19,207 nt of DNA, taken from the NCBI RefSeq assembly GCF_006345805.1, contig NW_021824443.1, positions 1-19,207 on the forward strand. Direction: 5' to 3'. This stretch comes from Octopus sinensis. Taxonomy: Eukaryota. Below, piece after piece: positions 10,255 to 18,826 of the stretch (position 1 is the stretch's first letter; every line of letters begins with the position of its first letter). The notes below the pieces were generated by a model, which had not been told where the DNA came from, did not search any database, and worked only from the letters and a program-made list of their open reading frames with translations. The position numbers and the translations under genes are program-made.

Positions 10255-10640
10255 GTGGAGGTGCAATGGCCCAGTGGTTAGGGCAGCGGACTCACGGTTG
10301 TAGGATCGCGGTTTCGATTCCCAGACCGGGCGTTGTGAGTGTTTATTGAGCGAAAACTTCTAAAGCTCCACGAGGCTCCGGCAGGGGATGGTGCTGATCC
10401 CTGCTGTACTCTTTCACCACAACTTTCTCTCACTCTTATGTCCTGTTTCTGTTGTACCTGTATTTCAAAGGGCCGGCCTTGTCACTCTCTTGCGTCACGC
10501 TGAATATCCCCGAGAACTACGTTAAGGGTGCACGTGTCTGTGGAGTGCTCAGCCACTTACACGTTAATTTCACGAGCAGGCTGTTCCGTTGATCGAATCA
10601 ACCGGAACCCTCATCGTCGTAACCGACGGAGTGCTTCCAC
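10255..10640 (+). mobile_element. tRNA-derived SINE family C, full length with perfect TSD
   Basis: A box TGGCCCAGTGG, B box GGTTTCGATTCCC. 10-bp TSD ATATTTAAGT at 10245-10254 and 10641-10650. Confidence 0.95.
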
Positions 10641-11393
10641 ATATTTAAGTATTCAATTAATTTTGATAATTAAACAACAGTTATTATTTACTGGTCAGTA
10701 GGTGGAGAAGAGTTATTGTCATGGGCCACGTAAATATGTGTATGACAGGATGGAAAACTTTGATACTTTCATTTAATACGAGCTACAGATCACTCAAATT
10801 ATTATATTCAACTCTAACAAAATTCACCAATATTAACATGCATTAATAATAAGCATAAAGAATGAATAATTCAAATGACCACATTTTAAGCAACGAGAAA
10901 TCCACAAAATGCAATTGTATCTCACTGTTGTAGTGAAAATAGCACTCTGCTTCCCACGTAACGAAGTGGTATGACCAGCCACTACAAAGTCAGACAGATA
11001 GTCGTTGTAGGAGGTTAGTAGTAGAGTCGTTGTACGAATTCTCAGTTGGAGTCAGTGTCAGTTATGTGATATATACGAGTTCAAGTCAAGGTAGACGTTT
11101 CAAGTAATAGTTTGGCAGAGCTATCGGCGGACAACTTGATGCAACTACGCAATATAGAGTTATTTATATAGCTGATTCAACCCACCACCCAATTTATTGG
11201 AAAGGGTGGAATCGAATGGTTCGGGGAAAATGTCACCTCCGAGCAATATATGAGTCATGTGACCACCTTGAATACTTACTGTTTGAATGAAAAACGGGGT
11301 GGCCACGGATGGAACAACTTTCGATTGTAGTTGGTTTGAGAGGGAACAATAACAGCGACAGCAAGCAGACATTTTGGAACAGTGATCCAATGG

Positions 11394-11460
11394 AGAAAGA
11401 AAGAGAGAGAGAGAGAAAGATGACAGAGAAAGAGGATTCGGGAGAAAGAGAGAGAGAGAC

Positions 11461-11516
<56 letters not shown>
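11394..11516. repeat. (GA)n polypurine/polypyrimidine tract
   Basis: Directly visible. Confidence 0.95.
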
Positions 11517-11519
<3 letters not shown>

Positions 11520-11635
11520 CCAAATAATGATGTCAAGAATCGTTACACTTAGAGACACACAAACATAAACAGAGACACAAGTGCAGCAGCAAACAGCTCT
11601 CGCGATTTTTGTCGCGGTGAACAATAATGATTCAT

Positions 11636-11678
11636 GCATACATACATACATACATACATACACACATACATATCTATG

Positions 11679-11713
<35 letters not shown>

Positions 11714-11848
11714 TATATATAATATATATATATATTTATATATATATATTTATATATATATATATATATATATATAAGCATACATATCTATGCAAGTATG
11801 TTATGTATATATATATATGTATATATATATAATATATATATATACATA

Positions 11849-11881
<33 letters not shown>

Positions 11882-12085
11882 ATAATATATATACTATCAT
11901 ATGTATTATATACGTATAACATTTACATTACATATGCATGCATATGTTGTGTGTATGTATATAAGTGTATGTGTGTGTGTGATATTTATATATATATAGA
12001 TATATATGTATATACACACACACGCACACACACACACATATATATACATATATATATATATATATACATATATATACATATATAT

Positions 12086-12151
<66 letters not shown>

Positions 12152-12199
12152 TTATATATATATTATATATATATATATAAGCATACATATCTATGCAAG

Positions 12200-12231
<32 letters not shown>

Positions 12232-12276
12232 AATATATATAAAAATATATATATATATATAATATATATATATAAT

Positions 12277-12307
<31 letters not shown>

Positions 12308-12455
12308 ATACATATACATATGTATTATATACGTATAACATTTACATTAATATGCATGCATATGTTCGTGTATGTATATAAGTGTATGTGTGTGTGTGAA
12401 TATTTATATATATATAGATATATATGTATATACACACACACGCACACACACACAC

Positions 12456-12499
<44 letters not shown>

Positions 12500-12520
12500 T
12501 ATTTATATATACACATGCAT
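11636..12520. repeat. (TA)-rich compound microsatellite with a ~410-bp tandem duplication
   Basis: Landmarks recur: GCATACATATCTATGCAAGTATG at 11778 and 12181, TACGTATAACATTTAC at 11911 and 12330, AAGTGTATGTGTG at 11963 and 12380. Confidence 0.92.
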
Positions 12521-12671
12521 ACACGAGCATACCTTTGCTTATACTGTATTTGGTGAGTTCCTCTTCAGTAATATATATATCCTGCAGCCATATTACCGGA
12601 ACTGAACACTTGACACAGAATAAGAAACACACACACATAAAAAAAAAAATAAAGAAAATTAATAAAACCCA

Positions 12672-13066
12672 CAGCAAACAAGCGATAAGAATAATAAAAA
12701 AATATATATAAGTAATAAAAGTAATACAAAAATATATCCCTTAAAAAGACTGGAAATTGTGCGAGCCATAGAGTGTGTCTCTAAGTTAGGGCAGTGAGCG
12801 AGCTTCTACGCGGTCGGTTTGTGCGCTAGAGATAGCTGCCAAATCGCTCTCAAATCGCAAGTCACTGACTTGATAAAGAAAATAGCATAAAACATTGGAT
12901 AACTTAGCCGATCCAAATGGAGAATGTCGCTCACTGCCCTACCTTAGGGACACACTCTATGGTCCGCACAATTTCCAGTCTTTTTTAAGGGATATATTTT
13001 TGTATTACTTTTATTACTTCATATATATATATATTATATTATATTATTCTTTTCGCTTGTTTGCTG
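12672..13066. other. Long fold-back (inverted arms of ~130-140 bp, 125-bp spacer); MITE/Foldback-like
   Basis: 12710-12801 versus the reverse complement of 12927-13019 shows 4 substitutions and 1 indel in 92 nt. Pairing continues through an AT-rich gap to CAGCAAACAAGCGA (12672) / TCGCTTGTTTGCTG (13066). Confidence 0.85.
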
Positions 13067-13140
13067 ATTTATATCCAGGTTTTAGTAATGATGAGGTTAG
13101 ATTTTGGTTTCCGAATATCATGAGGAGTGGTGGCATGCCC

Positions 13141-13335
13141 TCAAGGTGCTACGTAAACCGATCCTTGACGATGTAGAGCCTTCCTCTTTTGCTTGCTCTT
13201 AGTTTCAAAGTGAGAATCACTTTGCGCAATGCGATCTTGCTCTGTATGCTTGGAAGTCTGCTCACCCATCAGGTTTAACCTAGGGCTAAACAATATCAAC
13301 AAGAATAGCAACGGTGACGACAACAGCCAGTACAG
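13141..13335. other. Candidate small exon, strand unresolved
   Basis: + strand: acceptor CCTTCCTCTTTTGCTTGCTCTTAG (AG at 13201-13202) and donor CAG|GTAATT (13335|13336). - strand: acceptor TGTTTAGCCCTAG followed by an open frame LNLMGEQTSKHTEQDRIAQSDSHFETKSKQKRKALHRQGSVYVAP*. No homology recognised. Confidence 0.25.
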
Positions 13336-13389
13336 GTAATTGTGCATGGTATGTCACTAGAGTGCTATTGTATTTCCATCACCAGACGG

Positions 13390-13832
13390 TACTCTTTTCT
13401 TTTTACTCTTTTACTCTTTTACTTGTTTCAGTCATTTGACTGCGGCCATGCTGGAGCACCACCTTTAGTCGAGCAAATCGACCCCGGGACCTATTCTTTG
13501 TAAGCCCAGTACTCATTCTATCGGTCTCTTTTGCCGAACCGCTAAGTGACGGGGACGTAAATTCACCAGCATCGGTTGTCAAGCAATGCTAGGGGGACAA
13601 ATACAGACACACAAACATATACACACACACACCACACACATATATATATATATATATACATATATACGACAGGCTTCTTTCAGTTTCCGTCTACCAAATC
13701 CACTCACAAGGCATTGGTCGGCGCGGGGCTATAGCAGAAGACACTTGCCCAAGATGCCACGCAGTGAGACTGAACCCGGAACCATGTGGCTGGTTAGCAA
13801 GCTACTTACCACACAGCCACTCCTGCGCCTAT
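13390..13832 (-). mobile_element. Composite SINE family A, full length
   Basis: Minus strand: ATAGGCGCAGGAGTGGCTGTGTGG (A box)...GGTTCAGTCTC (B-box-like), CORE-like CTTGGGCAAGTGTCTT, internal microsatellite, 3' module and (AGAGTAAA)n tail. Confidence 0.92.
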
Positions 13833-14509
13833 GTAATCTTGAAGATATGTTCATATGTATTGAGATCTCCGTCCGTTGTCTTTTCCAGTTAACATCATCT
13901 TGTAGCAACATCTGTTTCGATTTAGTTTAATACCCACACCATTTACTAATCTTATTCAACACCATGACCATCACCACAAATATTATGCTGTCGTGTAGTT
14001 TTTTTTTATATTAGATTGCACTCCCGGCTCTCAAACTTAATAGCGAACACCACCTATATCACAACGACATTTTTTTTGTCACGTAACTCACAACAAAATA
14101 ACGTCGCAACAAACGCAGCTTTCAACGCTAACAACAATTACCACAATATCTTCTTCATAACATACTTTACAAGAAATCCACATCACAATAAAACCAATTC
14201 ACAAAACGAACAACAAACTCTCCTAAAACCGTAATGAATTCTACTTTCATCAGACACCAACCTCGCAAAATAACAGTAAATATTATCAATAACACCTCGT
14301 CTTTGATACTATGCCTCACAACAAGCCAATTATCACAACAATAACAATAAGAGTCAACAGCAATGTTAGAACAATCTCATATTGAACACATTGCCTCAAT
14401 CGTCAAATCGCCAACAATAAAATTACAACACACAACCTCTAGTTTACCAAACAACTATCCAACAAACCTATCGTCAGAACAACAACCAGCAGCAGCAACA
14501 ACAACAACA

Positions 14510-14572
14510 GTGGAGGCGCAATGGCCCAGTGGTTAGGGCAGTGGACTCGCGGTCGTAGGAACGCGGTTTCGA
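14510..14572 (+). mobile_element. Family C SINE head only, broken within the B box
   Basis: GTGGAGGCGCAATGGCCCAGTGGTTAGGGCAGTGGACTCGCGGTCGTAGGAACGCGGTTTCGA followed by unrelated sequence. Confidence 0.88.
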
Positions 14573-14713
14573 CGCAGCTTTCGCGCCCGTGCAACCGCCA
14601 GTCTATCGCGTGTGGTGGGTGGATCTACAAGTTTCCACATGCATTCTTAGTAGCTTAGAGTAGGCTCGAATTAGAGATTATTCTTTGTGGCTAATGGCGC
14701 GAGTCCTGATTGG

Positions 14714-14950
14714 AAGAAGAAAAAGAAGAAGAAGAGGAAGAAGAAAACCACCACCACTACCACCACCATCACCACCACCTCTACCACCATCACCACCATC
14801 ACCACCACCACCACATATCCATCTGCTTAGCGTTTAGCCCTTGGCCAATTGCTTTTGTGAAGAAGAAGAAGAAGAAGAAGAAGAAGAAGAAGAAGAAGAA
14901 GAAGAAGAAGAAGAAGAAGAAGAAGAAGAAGAAGACAGCAACAACAACAA
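14714..14950. repeat. (GAA)n, (CAC)n and pure (GAA)n microsatellites
   Basis: Directly visible; pure GAA run at about 14858-14934. Confidence 0.95.
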
Positions 14951-15317
14951 ATAGTGCTAAATATTATAATAATAATAACTTGTTCAGCAGAAGGCCTCAT
15001 AACATATTGAGTCCCCCCTCACAACAATCAAACACTAAACCGCAAACAGCAAAATTACCGCAGCACTTTGTCACATTTGATCACAACGAAGCAACCCTCG
15101 CCAAAACACGACGATGACGAAGGCAGCGATATTCGCATCAGCTGCTGCAGCCACAGAAACGCATTTCGTCAGTCCTTACCAAAGACACCCTTGAAGGCGT
15201 GCTTATATCAGTTGTGAGAGGTTTACTTCCGATCCCTTTGTATCTAACATTTATTTTACTCCCTTGACTTAGGACTGGTGGTGTTTCGTTTCGGCGTTCG
15301 TCGTTTTGCTTCGTTGT

Positions 15318-15364
15318 TTTATTATTATTATTATTATTATAATAATTATTATTATTATTATTAA

Positions 15365-15405
<41 letters not shown>

Positions 15406-15469
15406 ATTATTATTATCATTATTATTTATTATTATATCATTATTATTATTATATTATTATTATTATTTT

Positions 15470-15502
<33 letters not shown>

Positions 15503-15586
15503 TATTATTATTATAGTAGTAGTAGTAGTAGTAGTAGTAATAGTATTGTTGTGATGTTGTTATATCATCATCATTATCCTCATCAT

Positions 15587-15620
<34 letters not shown>

Positions 15621-15621
15621 G

Positions 15622-15664
<43 letters not shown>

Positions 15665-15665
15665 G
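15318..15665. repeat. (ATT)n/(AGT)n/(AAT)n microsatellite complex
   Basis: Directly visible. Confidence 0.95.
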
Positions 15666-15699
15666 TGTTGTAATCCATTTTAGTCCGCTCACCACGGCA

Positions 15700-15930
15700 A
15701 CGACGACGACGACGACGACGACCACCACCACCACCACCACTACCAACATCATCACCGCTGCCTACATCACCACCCCTTTCACAGTATCACGACCGCCAAC
15801 CACCACCACCACCACCACCATTACAACCGCCAACCACCATCACATACCACCACTACCACCATCACCATCACTACAACCACCGCCGCCGCCACCACCACCA
15901 CCACCACCACCACTACCAATACCACCATAA
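15700..15930. repeat. (GAC)n/(CAC)n degenerate trinucleotide tract
   Basis: Directly visible. Confidence 0.92.
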
Positions 15931-16164
15931 CGTTTATTTATTTATTTACTTTTCTAGGTTGTAGTCATTGAGTACTTGATAAATACTTGACTGGAGTGAA
16001 GAATAACAGTTTTAAATCCATTATGTCGACCACATTTCTCTCTTCTCTTTCTATTCCATTTTTAACATTTTCCTTTCATTATTTTGGTTTTATTTTTGTC
16101 ATTTTGAAATTTCCGATGGCGTAAAAACGCGTTATTTGTGTTTCGTTTCGTTTCGTTTCGTTTA

Positions 16165-16662
16165 TCTTTATATATAAAAGGGAAGTTGTGTGTCTGTCTT
16201 CTACGATTTAGATTCCTAACTACTCCCACATTTTGCGGTGCAGTTTAACCAAAACCGGGTATCTTATAGTCGTGATTCATATCGAGCCCTTCTGGGTATT
16301 AGCGCGCGTCTACGGTGAGTCTACGATTTTAAAAATAATTTACCATCATTTTTTTCCATTTTAATGCATTTCTTCGCTATTATATAAGGGAAGTAACTCT
16401 CTAAAAATGTCTACGATGAGTCAACGATTTTTACAAAAAATTACCATCATTTTTTTTCCATTTTAATGCATTTTTTCGCTATTATATAAGGGAAGTAACT
16501 CTCTAAAAATGTCTACGATGAGTCAACGATTTAAAAAAATATTTACCATCATTTTTTTTCCATTTTTGATGCATTTTTTTGCTATTTTTTGCTATAACTC
16601 TCTAAAATGCTTATATAGTTATTTCCCTTACAAACCCGAGCAACGCCGGGCGATACTGCTAG
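16165..16662 (+). mobile_element. Non-autonomous Helitron, copy 2 (3 internal repeat units)
   Basis: A|TCTTTATATATAAAAG...CCCGAGCAACGCCGGG CGATACTG CTAG|T. Units start at 16309, 16410 and 16512. Confidence 0.92.
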
Positions 16663-16743
16663 TTTAATCTAAATTAAACGATAATTCCAGTAAACTGGTG
16701 TAAATTTGCAATTACCCTTATGTTCTGAAGGGGCCTGAAGAAT

Positions 16744-17034
16744 TTGGTAACAGAAATAGGATGCAGCACCTTGGGCGAATGCATATCTTCTACGACAATG
16801 CTACAGGGCGACCAATGCTTCGCCCAATGTCAGTTTGTTAGACTGAGGCTAGGAGTGAAACTACAGTGCCAAGGACATTTTGAGACCAGCCACTGTAATC
16901 CTAGCTTGTCGCCTGCAAGTGAAAAAGAAGAATGGGAAGTTTTGGACGGGAAAATAGTTCGGAAACTGAATGTGCTGAAAGAGAAGCGCGCTCTGGGTCA
17001 AAAGCTAGTCACATTCGAATATGTGCGTTTTTAA
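16744..17034 (+). other. 96-codon ORF (TTG start) in non-repetitive sequence; coding status unsupported
   Basis: Open frame with a protein-like 3' half (EKEEWEVLDGKIVRKLNVLKEKR). No ATG start, no convincing splice sites and no recognised domain. Confidence 0.15.
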
Positions 17035-17046
17035 CGTACGCTAAAT

Positions 17047-17381
17047 GAAGGTGCATGGCTCAGTGGTTAGAGCGTCGAGCTTACTATCGTGAGGTTGTGA
17101 GCTCGAATCCCAGACCGTGCTGCGTGTTGTGTTCTTGAGCAAGACACTTTATTTCATGTTGCTCCAGTTCACTCAGCTGTAGAAATGAGTTACGACGTCA
17201 CTGGTGCCAAGCTGTATCGGCCCCTTTGCCTTTCCCTTGGATAACACTGGTGGCGTGGAGAGGAGAGGCTGGTATGCATGGGTGACTGCTGGATTTCCAT
17301 AAGCAACCTTGCCCGTACTTGTGCCTGGGAGGGTAACTTTCTAAGTGCAATCGCATGGGCTGTGTCGTAACCGAAGGGGGT
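17047..17381 (+). mobile_element. tRNA-derived CORE-type SINE (family D here)
   Basis: A box TGGCTCAGTGG, B-box-like GCTCGAATCCC, CORE-like TGTGTTCTTGAGCAAGACAC...CACTCAGCTGTAGAAATGAGT shared with 176-437, and a distinct tail ending GTCGTAACCGAAGGGGGT. Confidence 0.85.
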
Positions 17382-17431
17382 TTCAGAAGTGAAGTAACCC
17401 AGAGTGAGTCACGCTGGCGGTAGCGTTGACA

Positions 17432-17663
17432 AGGCGGCGAGCTGGCAGAAACGTTAGCACGCCGGGCGAAATGCTTAGCGGTATTTCGTCTGCCGTTACG
17501 TTGTGAGTTCAAATTCCGCCGAGGTCGACTTTGCCTTTCATCCTTTCGGGGTCGATAAATTAAGTACCAGTTACGCACTGGGGTCGATGTAATCGACTTA
17601 ATACCTATGTCTGTCCTTGTTTGTCCCCTCTGTGTTTAGCCCCTTGTGGGTAATAAAGAAATA
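17432..17663 (+). mobile_element. SINE family B, full length with perfect 13-bp TSD
   Basis: TSD GGTAGCGTTGACA at 17419-17431 and 17664-17676. Near-identical to 2627-2857. Confidence 0.95.
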
Positions 17664-17784
17664 GGTAGCGTTGACACCGTCGACGTTTCACGGTTACCAT
17701 GACTACCGACGTTATTTAAAAAATTAAGTCTGAAAGCAGAGGCATTGGTGAAGAGTTCCAACTAGATCGTGTCGACAAAATTTC

Positions 17785-18195
17785 CATGACTGTGTGGTAA
17801 GAAACTTGTTCCTCAACTGTCATCTACTATAGCCTCGGACCCAGCAAAGCCTTATGAGTGGGTTTGGTAGACGGAAACAGAAAGAAACCTGTCGTATATG
17901 TATATATGTATGCATGTATGTATAAGGATAATCTGGAACTCGACAATTTACCCATCACATCCTGTAGTGTATGTGTTTGTGTTTTTCCACCACCACCACC
18001 ACCACTGCTTGATAACCGGTGCTGGTTTTGTTTACGTCCCTGTAATAGCAGTTCGGCAAAAGAGAGCAATAGGATAATAAGTACTTAGCAGAACAAAAAA
18101 ACTAAGTCCTGTGGTCGATTTATTCAACTAAAAATTCTTCAAGGAGGTGCCCTAGCATGGCCGCAGTATAATGACTGAAACAAGTGAAATATACA
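17785..18195 (+). mobile_element. Diverged composite SINE family A with the B box deleted
   Basis: TGACTGTGTGGTAAG head joined directly to TGTCATCTACTATAGCC (about 45 bp missing), then GGTAGACGGAAAC, a microsatellite and the 3' module to CAGCATGGCCGCAGT-like...GACTGAAACAAGT. Confidence 0.85.
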
Positions 18196-18434
18196 AGAAC
18201 GCATAAGTCTCCGACATCCAAGTGCCTGGAAAATATCAGCAGAATGCACCCAGGAATCATGAGCTGGATGTAGCCCGGTCTCTTTAGCGTCCAAGCAGTT
18301 AAGAGCCGAAACACTTTCCTGTGATGGGTTTCTTCCCAGAAACCTTTGCTGATCAGTTTTCTCGAGAATCTCGTAGTACTTCTTATCACTGTGGACAAGT
18401 ACATCGTGTATCCGTTTCAATTTTCTATTTTTAA
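18196..18434 (-). pseudogene. Decayed LINE ORF2 relic, portion downstream of the endonuclease
   Basis: Continues the 18827-19207 relic across the Helitron: (L)KNR...FLGR falls where RTE-like ORF2s have L.NRF...LG after the APE domain. Weak, by-eye match. Confidence 0.4.
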
Positions 18435-18826
18435 TCTTTATATATAAAAGTGAAGTTGTGTGTCTGTCTCCTACGATTTAGATTCCTAACTACTCCCACA
18501 TTTTGCGGTGCAGTTTAAACCAAAACCGGGTATATCTTATAGTCGTGATTCATATCGACCCTTCTGGGTATTAGCGCGCGTCTACGATGAGTCTACGATT
18601 TAAAAAAAATTTACCATCATTTTTTTCCATTTTAATGCATTTTTTTATTAAAGGGAAGTAACTCTCTAAAAATGTCTACGATGAGTCAACGATTTAAAAA
18701 AAATTTACCATCATATTTTTTTCCATTTTTAATGCATTTTTTTGCTATTTTTTGGTTATAACTCTCTAAAAATGCTTTATAGTTATTTCCCTTACAAACC
18801 CGAGCAACGCCGGGCGATACTGCTAG
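18435..18826 (+). mobile_element. Non-autonomous Helitron, copy 3 (2 internal repeat units)
   Basis: A|TCTTTATATATAAAAG...CCCGAGCAACGCCGGG CGATACTG CTAG|T. Units start at 18581 and 18675. Confidence 0.92.

Noticed and set aside
10255-10330. tRNA-like A/B boxes here and at about 365-437, 8900-8972, 14510, 17047 and 17432
   Set aside because: These are SINE heads. Each continues into family-specific body sequence or is truncated, several have TSDs, and no complete cloverleaf with an acceptor stem is evident.
15114-15270. Several short open frames and a minus-strand GTAAGG donor-like site
   Set aside because: Frames are open on both strands with no matching acceptor or recognisable motif; not distinguishable from chance.
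16309-16609. Regularly spaced ~100-bp repeats as a CRISPR-like array
   Set aside because: The units are whole tandem duplicates with no unique spacers, they lie inside a Helitron, and the context is eukaryotic with no cas genes.
17198-17578. 126-aa minus-strand ORF
   Set aside because: It spans two unrelated SINEs and a TSD junction, so it cannot be an ancestral coding sequence.
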